Source: a virus
Lineage: Duplodnaviria; Caudoviricetes
DNA length: 51,902 bases
IMG/VR virus record: IMGVR_UViG_3300003886_000264
Coordinates: 1-51,902 of that record
Reading direction: 5' to 3' (one strand)
Below the pieces are notes generated by a model. The model worked only from the letters and a program-made list of their open reading frames with translations. It was not told the DNA's origin and made no database searches. Both the position numbers and the translations under genes were made by a program. Positions 27,447 to 36,995 of the stretch are shown one piece after another (positions within the stretch are counted from its first letter, which is position 1; the number at the start of each line of letters is the position of its first letter).

Positions 27447-27854
27447 ATGAAAATTATCAATAATGAAGCTGTATTCCCATTGCAACTTGAAGCAAATGAA
27501 TATGTAGCTTCCAGATCTTTTGATGAGAATTGGGAAGAATATATAGTCTTCCGAATTAGTGGCATAATCTCTCGAGACAACGATAATTTAACTTGTGAAA
27601 TATTAGCAAGAGATAAATTACATAAGGTTGACCATAAAAAAGAAATTAAAGAAATGGTACTTAATTATGAAATTACAGGCATCTGGACTACTTATACAAT
27701 GGATAATCTTTTGAATAGGAAAGTTGTCTTTCAATTAGATATAAAAGATCTTTTTTCAGGGGAACTATCACAACTTACTGTTCTAAATCAACTGCCAATG
27801 AGTTCATATAAGTGTTTTAATAGAGCAGTTCTCTATTGTAAGGATAGGAGATAG
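27447..27854 (+). CDS. Hypothetical protein
   Basis: GAAAGGA RBS; 135 aa. Confidence 0.7.
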   Translation: MKIINNEAVFPLQLEANEYVASRSFDENWEEYIVFRISGIISRDNDNLTCEILARDKLHKVDHKKEIKEMVLNYEITGIWTTYTMDNLLNRKVVFQLDIKDLFSGELSQLTVLNQLPMSSYKCFNRAVLYCKDRR

Positions 27855-27858
27855 TATT

Positions 27859-28302
27859 ATGAAAGAACAAGTTAATGACCTTTTTGTATTTGAAGGCGAA
27901 GATAGTATGCTTGTAATCCCTGTCGTTATTGCCTTTAAACATAACGGTAATTTAATGATGAGTAAAGGGTATTCAAAGAAAGCTTCTCAGTGGTATCCGG
28001 CACTGCCGAAAGAATTAGGTTGGTGGCACAGAAAATACTCATCAGAACCACTAATCTCTTATAAACATAATGTTATTAGTTTCCCTATTAAGCTAACTAA
28101 TAAAGAGATGGTAACTGAGAAGTTCTTGGAAAGCTCTTTTATGAAGCTTAGAAGTGTTATACAAGCTGTCTTGTATGGATTCCCTAATATTTATGTACCT
28201 CTTCACGACCCTTTATATGAGTCTGTAGATGCGTTAAAGATAGGGAGGGAAATACTTCACGATTTAACTAACGTTATAATAGTAAGGGAGATACAATTAT
28301 GA
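27859..28302 (+). CDS. Degenerate macrodomain (Poa1p/DarG-like) protein
   Basis: KHNGNLMMSKGYSKKASQWYPALPKELG...VISFPIK...LESSFMKL..IYVP follows the phage macrodomain pattern (NG..VMG.G.A..A...FP.L...LG..FP.K). Confidence 0.55.
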   Translation: MKEQVNDLFVFEGEDSMLVIPVVIAFKHNGNLMMSKGYSKKASQWYPALPKELGWWHRKYSSEPLISYKHNVISFPIKLTNKEMVTEKFLESSFMKLRSVIQAVLYGFPNIYVPLHDPLYESVDALKIGREILHDLTNVIIVREIQL

Positions 28303-28385
28303 AACGTATAGTTGGCTTAATAGTAATAGTAGTTTATGTCCTTGCTTGGATTATATTCTTACTTATACAAAAAATAAATACATAG
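28299..28385 (+). CDS. 28-aa single-TM peptide (not in ORF track)
   Basis: MKRIVGLIVIVVYVLAWIIFLLIQKINT; GGGAG RBS, ATGA overlap. Confidence 0.6.
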   Translation: MKRIVGLIVIVVYVLAWIIFLLIQKINT

Positions 28386-28398
28386 AAAAGGAAAAATT

Positions 28399-28716
28399 AT
28401 GCCTGAGATAGATAACAGCAGAAACGGCAAAGTTTATCTTGTTAAGTTAGTAATGACAACTAAAAATGGCAGGATAAATGATTACACTTTTATGAAGGTT
28501 GAAAGTTTCGTAAATTTTGAACCAGATGAATATGAAAGTGCACAACAATTAAAGAGACAAGTACAACGCAAGATACATTTTTATGAAGAGTTATATCATA
28601 TAAGAGTAGAATCTTATAGATATAATATTCTTCATTCACAGCGAGTACAGTTTCTGCGTAAACCATATTTTAAAAGTTATACACCTGGAAGGAGAAGAGA
28701 TGAACAAGAAATGTAA
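28399..28716 (+). CDS. Hypothetical protein
   Basis: AAAGGA RBS; 105 aa. Confidence 0.65.
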   Translation: MPEIDNSRNGKVYLVKLVMTTKNGRINDYTFMKVESFVNFEPDEYESAQQLKRQVQRKIHFYEELYHIRVESYRYNILHSQRVQFLRKPYFKSYTPGRRRDEQEM

Positions 28717-29023
28717 GTGCGGAGGAACACTGCAAAAAGATAAAGCGAGTGAAGATTCTTTCTGTTGGATATGTCCAGACTGTGGACATTCAGTACATCA
28801 GCGCAGACGCAGACCATATAAGCTTAATGCTGAAAGAGATATAATCAAGGTAAAGGAATATCTTTTACTATTATTAAAGCGTAATCCTATTTCTTCTGAT
28901 AATCAAGAAGAATGGAGAAAATTTACAAGTTTATTACTTCAAGAAGGTCTTATAATAGACAAAATGGCAAACAAGGTAATAATAGAAGTAGTAAAAACTA
29001 AACGTAAAAAGAAAGGAGAATAA
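28700..29023 (+). CDS. Zinc-ribbon protein
   Basis: CKCGG...WICPDCGH at the N-terminus; basic. Confidence 0.7.
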   Translation: MNKKCKCGGTLQKDKASEDSFCWICPDCGHSVHQRRRRPYKLNAERDIIKVKEYLLLLLKRNPISSDNQEEWRKFTSLLLQEGLIIDKMANKVIIEVVKTKRKKKGE

Positions 29024-29949
29024 TGATAATCTTAGTGACTAATAGAAGAGGTCACAAATTTAAGTCTCTTGAATTTACCTCAAGAGACTTAGCTATCTCT
29101 TCTATTTGCTTAAATGAAACAGTGGTAACATTAAAAGCATTTATTAAAAAATGCTTAATAATAAATCAAGCTGAATTGAATAGACTTTTAATTAAACCTA
29201 CAGCAAAAATTGAACGAGAGTATATAGTTTGGGAAGATGACAATATTGTATTCTTTGCTAAATATACTAATTGGGAGATACTTAATATATTATATACCTT
29301 TTATTCAGTTCCTAAAGTTTCAAGGGAAACTCTTCAAGGTGTAATTTCTTTTAATGAGTCTCGGAGTATGGAGATTGCTCTTTATTCCACTACATTAAGA
29401 AACTTTAAGCATAAACTTGTTGAACACGTTCTTAATTTCTATTCAGAACAGCATCATTACTTTAATGCTAATAAACTTATCCGGTTAGCGAAAGCAATGG
29501 GTATAGATGCTTCCCTTGTAGATGATAAGGTTTTACTTAAATATAAGAATATAGAATATACATCTGCAATTGGGAGTATCTTTTATAATGAAATCTTTAT
29601 ATTTATTAAGAACTTCCAGATAAATGGATTTATGCTTCGCTTTAAAGACTTTGACTTTTCAAGTTACTGGAACATACCAGTAGTATTACATCCATATCTC
29701 TTAGTTCCTTATGGCTTTAATAATCACCTAAGTTTTTTGCCACCTCAAGATTATAAAGCATTTATCTATGGAGTTAATGATATGATAAAAGGCGGTTCAG
29801 AAGCTGGACTTACAACTTTACAGTTGATTATACAGGATTTTCAAGACCTTCGTCGTATTTGGGGAAGTAATAAAATGCGAGCAAAGGAGCGTGTCGAGTT
29901 ATCTAAGCTTATTTTGGAGAAAAAGGTAAAATATGATAAGAACGGCTAA
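29023..29949 (+). CDS. Hypothetical protein
   Basis: 308 aa, AAAGGAG RBS; no recognised motif. Confidence 0.75.
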   Translation: MIILVTNRRGHKFKSLEFTSRDLAISSICLNETVVTLKAFIKKCLIINQAELNRLLIKPTAKIEREYIVWEDDNIVFFAKYTNWEILNILYTFYSVPKVSRETLQGVISFNESRSMEIALYSTTLRNFKHKLVEHVLNFYSEQHHYFNANKLIRLAKAMGIDASLVDDKVLLKYKNIEYTSAIGSIFYNEIFIFIKNFQINGFMLRFKDFDFSSYWNIPVVLHPYLLVPYGFNNHLSFLPPQDYKAFIYGVNDMIKGGSEAGLTTLQLIIQDFQDLRRIWGSNKMRAKERVELSKLILEKKVKYDKNG

Positions 29950-29982
29950 AAAAAATATTTTTGAAGTTCCTCTGGAAAGGAC

Positions 29983-30013
29983 TTGACAAACAATATTTTT
30001 TTGTTTATATTTG
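29983..30013 (+). promoter_or_regulatory. sigma70-type promoter (replication module)
   Basis: AAGGAC-TTGACA-N17-TATATTTG. The -10 element also matches the Bacteroidota TAnnTTTG element. Confidence 0.8.
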
Positions 30014-30091
30014 CACCTATCTTTTTTGTGTGTATTGCACAATCAACTTAAATAATTTCACTTATCAATCAATCCTAAAAGGAGACTGATT

Positions 30092-30559
30092 ATGGCAGAT
30101 GTAGTAAACCTCTCTGTTGACCTTAATAAGAAACGTCCACCAAAAGCACAGGCGCTTTCTTTCATTACCAACCAATTTGCAGCCCTACAAGCCCAGATTC
30201 CAGGCAGTACAAAAGAAAATATCAAGGCACAGTTTGCACTTGGTAACCATTATCTGTACGAATCGGAAGTTAAAGATGTTGTTAATGAAAATAAAGACAA
30301 AGCCGGTTTTGATGCCAAAGCATTCGTTGAACTGTTAAGGTTTACTGGTGCTATAAAGGCGGGTTCAACACCAAGAATTGGTGAAGGAATGACTCTTGTT
30401 GACTCTATCGAAAGAGCCACTGAAGTTGCTAAAAACCCTGAAGATGCAGTTAAAATTCAGGCAATAATGTCTAAGATGACTGCATTGAGAGATGAGATTA
30501 AACCTCTTATCGTTGGAACGTGTTCTATTGCTCTTAAAAATCCAAAAGCTAAGAGCTAA
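30092..30559 (+). CDS. Hypothetical protein (distant paralog of 25120..25596)
   Basis: AAAGGAG RBS, own promoter and terminator. Confidence 0.85.
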   Translation: MADVVNLSVDLNKKRPPKAQALSFITNQFAALQAQIPGSTKENIKAQFALGNHYLYESEVKDVVNENKDKAGFDAKAFVELLRFTGAIKAGSTPRIGEGMTLVDSIERATEVAKNPEDAVKIQAIMSKMTALRDEIKPLIVGTCSIALKNPKAKS

Positions 30560-30598
30560 ATTTATCAAGCAATAGCTTGATTTCTCCCACAGAAGGAT

Positions 30599-30629
30599 AA
30601 GGGCGGTCTTGAAAAATACTGCCCTTTTT
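30599..30629 (+). terminator. Rho-independent terminator
   Basis: GGGCGGT-loop-ACTGCCC-TTTTT. An additional ATCAAGC-AATA-GCTTGAT hairpin lies at 30564-30581. Confidence 0.7.
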
Positions 30630-30664
30630 CTATCTTCCATTGCATTATTTTGGAGCAAAAAAAT

Positions 30665-31426
30665 ATGAAGCACGTTACACTTAAAGAGCTTAAAGCTGAA
30701 GTCTTTAATAAACATCTTATTAAAGACACTTATATTAGGCATAATAACTCTGAATTCGGAGCAGGAAAAGCTGTCTTTGATGTAAACAGAGGTTTTGTTA
30801 TTAGGCAAGTATCAGATGATTATAAACTTATTACTAATGAAGACTTAGTGAAATGGATTAAATCAGATTACTCTGTTAAGTTTTTAAGTATCTACAAAAC
30901 TAAATCACAAGATACAGTTTATATAAAGGGGTATATCCCTGAGTTTTCTTTTGAGGACTCTAAACGCAGACAATTTTATATTTCTTTTGAAATAGTTAAC
31001 AGTTATTCATCTCGTTTTTTGCCTGCTGTATATCTTGGAGTATTCTACCCTAACTTTCCCTCACTTAATATTAGAACAGACGTAAGGGTAACGCCTCATT
31101 CAAGAGATGGATTACTGGCAGAACCATTTAATCCTGACCTTATAAATAGCGTTCTTGATTTTATTCAAAGTAGTAAAAGCTATGACATAATCCATATTCT
31201 TATAGAAGAGCTGCCTTCCTATTTACCAAAAAAGTTACGTATGCCTGCTATTGTATTCCAAATTACTCAAAATTATAAAACTTCACCAATTGGATTTCTT
31301 GAGCTTTGCGCAAAGATAACTAATATTTGGGAAGAGACTGCTTACGAATCATCAAGAGCTTTCCAAATGCAAGAATATTCATATTTAATTGAAAGGATTT
31401 CAGATGATAATAACAAACAAGAATGA
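30665..31426 (+). CDS. DUF932-like protein
   Basis: VSDDYKLITNEDLV and FEIVNSYS motifs; typical position before recombination genes. Confidence 0.6.
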   Translation: MKHVTLKELKAEVFNKHLIKDTYIRHNNSEFGAGKAVFDVNRGFVIRQVSDDYKLITNEDLVKWIKSDYSVKFLSIYKTKSQDTVYIKGYIPEFSFEDSKRRQFYISFEIVNSYSSRFLPAVYLGVFYPNFPSLNIRTDVRVTPHSRDGLLAEPFNPDLINSVLDFIQSSKSYDIIHILIEELPSYLPKKLRMPAIVFQITQNYKTSPIGFLELCAKITNIWEETAYESSRAFQMQEYSYLIERISDDNNKQE

Positions 31427-32765
31427 CCTCCCCGAAGGTATCGTTGAAGCTGTTAAAAAAGACTATTATACAAAAGGCGATGCTAAGTTTAGTGCCACAG
31501 GTCTTTTACAGCCCCCGCAGATAAGGAGACTAACATCTCTTTACTTTGATAAGATAACAATAGATGTCTCTAATGAAATATTTAAGCTTTTTGGTAGTGC
31601 TGTACATCATATAATAGAGCGAGCACAGGGACAAGTGGCAACCTCAGGCGCCGAAGTAAAGTTAGCAAATATTGCTGCTCTTGTATATGAAATGGAGCAA
31701 GCACCAACTACTTACCAATTTCCCTTAGCGCATATCCACGATGCTCTTAATGAGAAAGAGGTTGACCCCGCAAATCATATCATAACTGAGAAACGTTTAT
31801 ACCTTACTGTCGGAGATATAAAGATTTCAGGAGCTCCAGATTGGTATAACAAGATAAAGAAAAAGGTTGAAGATTATAAAGTAACTACGGTTTATAAGGT
31901 AACAAAAGGTAATTACGATGATTGGGAAGCACAATTAAATATCTATGCTTTATTGCTTATCAATGCTGGCTTTCCCGTAGATGAACTTCAAATCAATGCT
32001 ATTCTTAAGGATTTTAGCAGAAAAGATATGATACAGTGGCGTAAAAATGCTTCGAATGACTCTTATTATCCTGATTGTCCAGTCGCAAGGGTTAATATAC
32101 CCTTGTGGAAACCGCTTGATACTTTAAAGTTTCTTATTACTAAAATAGAAGACCAGATGCAAGTTGAGGAATTGCAAGACGCTGAGGAAATTTTTGCTAT
32201 TCGCCCTTGTACATTAGAAGAAAAATGGCAGAAGCCAACAAGATATGCTTTAATGAAAAAAGGTGGGAAAAGAGCATCATCTGTATTTGACACAGAGGCA
32301 GAAGCAGAAGGGGCTTCAATAGCTAAGGGTAGAGAGTATTTTGTTGAGATAAGACCTGGATATGCTATAAGGTGTGAGGAGTACTGTTCCGTTAGAGACT
32401 TCTGTGCACAATATAAAGCAGAGAATGAAAATGAAGTTTCTTATGAAGAGATGAAAACTAATGCTTTAAAACAATTAGAAGAGATAGTACCAAACGAAAA
32501 GATTGATGTTGCTGATAATACATTATCAGATATAACTGGTGGCATAGCAAAAGATATTCCTTCTGTAAAAGAAATAGTTATCGAAAGAACAGATGATAAA
32601 CCGCTTGATATAGCCAAGATTTCTACTGATATAATAACAGATGCGCTTAATAAAGAAACTGAAGTTGAGCCGGATATTCCCTCTGTACCAGAGATAATCA
32701 AGCCAAAAGAACAAGACAAAAATGTTGACTTTGATAGTTTAACAGATTTGATGAATGACTTATGA
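31404..32765 (+). CDS. Cas4-like PD-(D/E)XK exonuclease with acidic tail
   Basis: FSATGLL, GSAVH, ISGAPD..EDYK, QLNIY and C-terminal RCEEYCSVRDFC (Fe-S-type Cys cluster). Confidence 0.88.
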   Translation: MIITNKNDLPEGIVEAVKKDYYTKGDAKFSATGLLQPPQIRRLTSLYFDKITIDVSNEIFKLFGSAVHHIIERAQGQVATSGAEVKLANIAALVYEMEQAPTTYQFPLAHIHDALNEKEVDPANHIITEKRLYLTVGDIKISGAPDWYNKIKKKVEDYKVTTVYKVTKGNYDDWEAQLNIYALLLINAGFPVDELQINAILKDFSRKDMIQWRKNASNDSYYPDCPVARVNIPLWKPLDTLKFLITKIEDQMQVEELQDAEEIFAIRPCTLEEKWQKPTRYALMKKGGKRASSVFDTEAEAEGASIAKGREYFVEIRPGYAIRCEEYCSVRDFCAQYKAENENEVSYEEMKTNALKQLEEIVPNEKIDVADNTLSDITGGIAKDIPSVKEIVIERTDDKPLDIAKISTDIITDALNKETEVEPDIPSVPEIIKPKEQDKNVDFDSLTDLMNDL

Positions 32766-33661
32766 GTGAACCATTTAACTTAGTACCATTTAACTTATCT
32801 GTTCCAAAAGAGATTTCTAAGATAGATGATGAGGAACTTGGGAAACTTGGTTTTACTGATAAAGCAAAGCAGGAGTTTAAGAATTTTGCTTATGAATCTA
32901 ACTTTTGGACTGGCATAGCTAACGGCATTACACCACCAGAAATAGTAGAAGTAAGAGATGGGGCTTATGATAGAGATACTGATAGTTTTATTCAACTTGA
33001 ATATTTCCCCGAAGAATATACACTTTCAGAGCTAAATAGACTCTTCCCAGGATGGTGGACTGAGAATATGTTAAGAAGTTCTGCAGATGAAGTCGTAAAA
33101 CTTGAGACTATATTAGTTGAAGGTAATCTAATGATTCCTTATATTACTCCACAAGGGATAAAGGTCAGAAGACTATGGGCAATTGCTGGCAGTGCTGTAA
33201 TATTTAAGAAGGGAACTAAAACTCCAGTAGATATAGCTAATGGTTTTAAGGGGGCAAGAACTGAATGGATAAGGATACAGGGGAAATGGTTAGGGATTGG
33301 CTTGGATATTTACCATCAGCATATTTTACCTGGCTTACGTAGTTTATTTGAAGATAGAATACGAGCTTGGTCTCCTTATGCTGGACATTGGAAAAATGTT
33401 GCCTCTAAGTGTAAAGCTGGTAAAGAGTTTAGGGTTATGCTTAAAACTATGCCTTCAACGATACAGGTCAAAAGAGTGCTTGATACCATCCCATATATTC
33501 CTGAGACAAAGCATACGGAAGTTTTTACTTCACTTGGGAAATTAAGTAATGCCACTGAGGAAAGTAAAAATCAATTTGAAAAATGGCTTGTAACATTAGA
33601 GCAAATAGCAGAAAAGAACAAAGCTAAGAAAGAAGGTAATAATGGAAACAGCGAAATATAA
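32762..33661 (+). CDS. Rad52/Sak-family single-strand annealing protein
   Basis: LEY...ELNRLFPGW and ANGFKGARTEW...LGIGLDIY. Adjacent to the exonuclease. Confidence 0.78.
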   Translation: MSEPFNLVPFNLSVPKEISKIDDEELGKLGFTDKAKQEFKNFAYESNFWTGIANGITPPEIVEVRDGAYDRDTDSFIQLEYFPEEYTLSELNRLFPGWWTENMLRSSADEVVKLETILVEGNLMIPYITPQGIKVRRLWAIAGSAVIFKKGTKTPVDIANGFKGARTEWIRIQGKWLGIGLDIYHQHILPGLRSLFEDRIRAWSPYAGHWKNVASKCKAGKEFRVMLKTMPSTIQVKRVLDTIPYIPETKHTEVFTSLGKLSNATEESKNQFEKWLVTLEQIAEKNKAKKEGNNGNSEI

Positions 33662-33803
33662 AATACTTCCTCCAGCATTCAGCAAGAGGATGATAAGAGA
33701 ACAACTTAAAAAGGCAGGTTTTACTAATATACGGTATTCAGGGAAGACAAAAACATTTTATTTTCTTGATGAGAAAGGAGAAGAATGCAAACGAAAGCTC
33801 TAA
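33642..33803 (+). CDS. 53-aa basic hypothetical protein (not in ORF track)
   Basis: METAKYKILPPAFSKRMIREQLKKAGFTNIRYSGKTKTFYFLDEKGEECKRKL; GAAGGT RBS. Confidence 0.6.
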   Translation: METAKYKILPPAFSKRMIREQLKKAGFTNIRYSGKTKTFYFLDEKGEECKRKL

Positions 33804-33839
33804 TTAACCTATTATCAACTAACTATAAAGGAACAGACA

Positions 33840-34637
33840 ATGCAAGACGGAACTAATCCAAACTTAGAAATCATTGACCCAAATGCAAATCTTGATGATG
33901 TTGCCAAGTCTATGGGTATTGACTTGCCAGCAGATATATTACAAGACGAAGGAATAGTAAACACTGGATTTACTTTCTTTCAGCATAAGCCAGGTAATTA
34001 TGTTGGCTTAATTGGTATGCTTGGAGACCCTATATGGGTTAAAGAAGTAGAAGGTAAAAAGAAAAAATTTACTGAGCCGGAAGCAGGAGCTATTAAAAGT
34101 TACTGTATGCTTCCAATAATGTTGATTGAAGACCCAGAGGGTAAACTTGTAGATGATACCTTTACTCCTTTGCCTGATATACCCTATGGAAGAATTGTAT
34201 GGCAGCAATATATTAGTCTCTTGGGTGAAAAACAGTTTGGCAATAAAAGACTGTTTAGTCAATTGAGGTATCAGAATCTTCCACAGTTAGATATTGTACA
34301 AGGTAATGACTCGGATTACAGTATCAAATTAGAATTACTTAAACATTTTTACTTTGGTGCACCAGTAACATTCACTCTTGACAAAGCTGCTGCCTCTAAA
34401 GGTGTCTGGATAGTAGAGGATACACTACAACTTCGTAAACCAGAACTAACTAAAGAAGCCATAGAAAAACGTAAAGTTGTTGGTAGTAGTCTCTGGACAA
34501 AAATTCAAGGACTTAAAGAAGCTGAGGATGCAGAACGTAAGGCAAAGAAAGCTGAATCTTCTGCAGAAGGTATGGCTCCTGTGGCAGATACAACCTCCGC
34601 AGATTCTTTATTAAATGATAGTGGCTTTGAGATTTAG
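33840..34637 (+). CDS. Putative single-stranded DNA-binding protein
   Basis: Follows the exonuclease and annealing genes; beta-rich core and acidic tail ending DSGFEI. Confidence 0.5.
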   Translation: MQDGTNPNLEIIDPNANLDDVAKSMGIDLPADILQDEGIVNTGFTFFQHKPGNYVGLIGMLGDPIWVKEVEGKKKKFTEPEAGAIKSYCMLPIMLIEDPEGKLVDDTFTPLPDIPYGRIVWQQYISLLGEKQFGNKRLFSQLRYQNLPQLDIVQGNDSDYSIKLELLKHFYFGAPVTFTLDKAAASKGVWIVEDTLQLRKPELTKEAIEKRKVVGSSLWTKIQGLKEAEDAERKAKKAESSAEGMAPVADTTSADSLLNDSGFEI

Positions 34638-34906
34638 TGGTAAAGACAAAGAATATAGAAGGGGTAGGAGAATGTCTTGTTCTCCCTACCTCTTTTATTG
34701 AGAAAATAATGGAAGTTATTACTAAAAGCTTAAATGATGATAACTTCTATTATCTTACTAAGCTCAAACCCTATCAGGAGATAGTTATTAACAGAGGTAT
34801 TACGTTAGAAGGAGACATATTCTATTGCTATATTACAAAGAAAGAATTGAGAAGATTAAACGAGAAATTTAAAGAAGCTCAAGATAAAGCACAAATGGTT
34901 TTCTAA
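34637..34906 (+). CDS. Hypothetical protein
   Basis: GTG overlapping the previous stop; 89 aa. Confidence 0.6.
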   Translation: MVKTKNIEGVGECLVLPTSFIEKIMEVITKSLNDDNFYYLTKLKPYQEIVINRGITLEGDIFYCYITKKELRRLNEKFKEAQDKAQMVF

Positions 34907-34924
34907 TATAGAAGGGAGAAAGCA

Positions 34925-35323
34925 TTGCTTGATAACAAAGGTTTATCAGAATTTGTTAAAGGAGCGTTACAAGATTTAAGCTATAATCAAAGAGTTAATA
35001 TTTACGATGAGAACTGTCCACAATGTCCTTTCAATCTATTACGAGTGATTAAAGGCAAAAAGGTACTATGGGAAGGTCATAACTTATATGATGCTATTGA
35101 AGCGTGTTTAGATTTTGAGAACTCACGTCTTCTTAGGTTATGTGCTTTTGGTGATGAAGAGCATACTACTCAAGAGATAGCATCTAATACTTGTAGGTTA
35201 TGGAATAAAAGTGAACATAATGAAGGTATATTTATTGAGATAGATGATGTTAAAGACTTAAAAATAGGTATAACTTCTGATTTAATGGTAGCTCTTGCAG
35301 TGGAAGAATTTGCAAACTTATGA
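34925..35323 (+). CDS. Hypothetical protein
   Basis: GGGAG RBS, TTG start, coupled to the helicase gene. Confidence 0.65.
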   Translation: MLDNKGLSEFVKGALQDLSYNQRVNIYDENCPQCPFNLLRVIKGKKVLWEGHNLYDAIEACLDFENSRLLRLCAFGDEEHTTQEIASNTCRLWNKSEHNEGIFIEIDDVKDLKIGITSDLMVALAVEEFANL

Positions 35324-36729
35324 ATTCAAAAACAGAGATTTATGAGAAAGCAGTTATTTTAAAGTTGTTACATAACAAAGATTTACAAGAAAAATATCTT
35401 CCTGATGTACTACCATATCTATGGAGCAGACCAGAAGATAGGGTCTTCGTTTATGCAATGAAGTACTTGGAAAGTCATGATATTCCTATTACTATGCAAA
35501 ACTTACAAGTATCTTTAACTATAAAAGAGATAAAGTTATTCACAGCAAGGATGAAGGCAGTTATAGATGGGATGGACTTAGCCAGCTATTGGCACGATGA
35601 TAGTATTAAGCCAGATAATGACCTTTTCGATGAAGCTTATGAAGAATTACACGATATAGCTTTTGGTAGATATGTCGAAGTAGCACGAGAAGATTTCACT
35701 TATGAAGCAGGTTATATGAATAGGCATCATATATTAGCAAGAGCTAAGTCTATCCTTAAATTATATCAAGTCATTTACAAGCATAAATTTAAGAAGCCGA
35801 TAAATGATATAGATGCTGCTGTCGCTTATATAAATGACCGTGATGAGTTAATCCCAACCTTTAGCCCTAAACTTAACGGTTTAATGGGTGGCTGGACAAG
35901 AGGATTTGCTAATACTATACTTGCAAGGTCAGGACATACAAAGTCAACCATAATGACTTATGACTCTGTTTATAAAGCTGTACATCAACAAGTTGACTGT
36001 GTTAATGTTATTCTTATAGAAGAACCTCCGCCAATCTTTTGGAGAAGGGTATTCGCAATGTTGCTTAAAATACCTATAAGGGAAATGAGAGATAAGACTG
36101 TTAGAATATCAGAAGCACAAAAGAAGGCAGTTAAAAAGAAATTAGATGGAAGGATAAAGGTTCATGCTGTAACAACCTTTAAAGATGTAGTTGACTTGTT
36201 ATCGACTATTAAAGATGAATATGTATGGCTTGACCATATTAACGCTATACAGTTTCCAGGAAGAGGAAATGCTCTTCAGAATATGATGGGAGGAATTCCT
36301 GGCTTAATTAGTGCACAGGTACAGTTTTTAAGAGATAGACCTTATCAGTCTTATATTAACTTATCTCAAGTGAATGAAAAAGAATTGATGAAACTTCCAG
36401 GAATATGGAAACATCCTTCGTATCATCATGCTTATGGTTCTCAAATACTCCATCAACACTCACGAGAATACATAACGCTTTATTATCCACGAAGAGATGT
36501 TCTTAATAATCCGCACAGATGGGCTGGTAAAAAAGAGTTAAGAGATGCTAACCCTGAAGATGTTTATTTAAAGGTAGAGAAAAGTTCTTTTGGAGATTTA
36601 GGCAGAATGAAATTTAAGTATACAGCTGACTTTGCAAAATTTGAAGATGTAGATGAAAGAGTTTCAAATATAACTGTTAAACCATCAAGTAAAAATGATT
36701 CACTTTTCGAGGACTTAGGAATTTTATGA
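35320..36729 (+). CDS. dnaB: DnaB-like (SF4) replicative helicase, divergent
   Basis: N-terminal EKAVILKLL helical domain; IPTFSPKLNGLMGGW, Walker A ARSGHTKST, IEEP, VWLDHI, LSQVN. Confidence 0.8.
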   Translation: MNSKTEIYEKAVILKLLHNKDLQEKYLPDVLPYLWSRPEDRVFVYAMKYLESHDIPITMQNLQVSLTIKEIKLFTARMKAVIDGMDLASYWHDDSIKPDNDLFDEAYEELHDIAFGRYVEVAREDFTYEAGYMNRHHILARAKSILKLYQVIYKHKFKKPINDIDAAVAYINDRDELIPTFSPKLNGLMGGWTRGFANTILARSGHTKSTIMTYDSVYKAVHQQVDCVNVILIEEPPPIFWRRVFAMLLKIPIREMRDKTVRISEAQKKAVKKKLDGRIKVHAVTTFKDVVDLLSTIKDEYVWLDHINAIQFPGRGNALQNMMGGIPGLISAQVQFLRDRPYQSYINLSQVNEKELMKLPGIWKHPSYHHAYGSQILHQHSREYITLYYPRRDVLNNPHRWAGKKELRDANPEDVYLKVEKSSFGDLGRMKFKYTADFAKFEDVDERVSNITVKPSSKNDSLFEDLGIL

Positions 36730-36983
36730 GAATAGTATTTAATAAAAAGGACAAAAATATAGCAGTATTACTTGCTGAGACAGCAGAAGATGCTACTGTA
36801 TTAAGAGCATTTTATGATAACCATATTATCTTTGGATTATACCAAGTTTGGTTCAAAAATGCTGACGGTAAAGGGGAGAATAGACTTGAAATAAGACCTT
36901 TTCTGGCTAAGTTACCAAACCTTTGGGGAATAGGGTGGCTTAATTTAGTAAGAGGATTTGTACCAACGAAGATAATAGAATAG
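36726..36983 (+). CDS. Hypothetical protein
   Basis: ATGA-coupled; 85 aa. Confidence 0.65.
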   Translation: MRIVFNKKDKNIAVLLAETAEDATVLRAFYDNHIIFGLYQVWFKNADGKGENRLEIRPFLAKLPNLWGIGWLNLVRGFVPTKIIE

Positions 36984-36995
36984 GAAGGAACCAGA

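Noticed and set aside
31404-32765. Cas4 as evidence of a CRISPR system
   Set aside because: It sits with the Sak-like and SSB-like genes as a recombination exonuclease; no array or other cas genes are present.
36726-36983. Short resemblances to the nozzle protein (ATVL..F...GLY; FNK..K.I)
   Set aside because: The blocks are short and in reversed order; likely chance.
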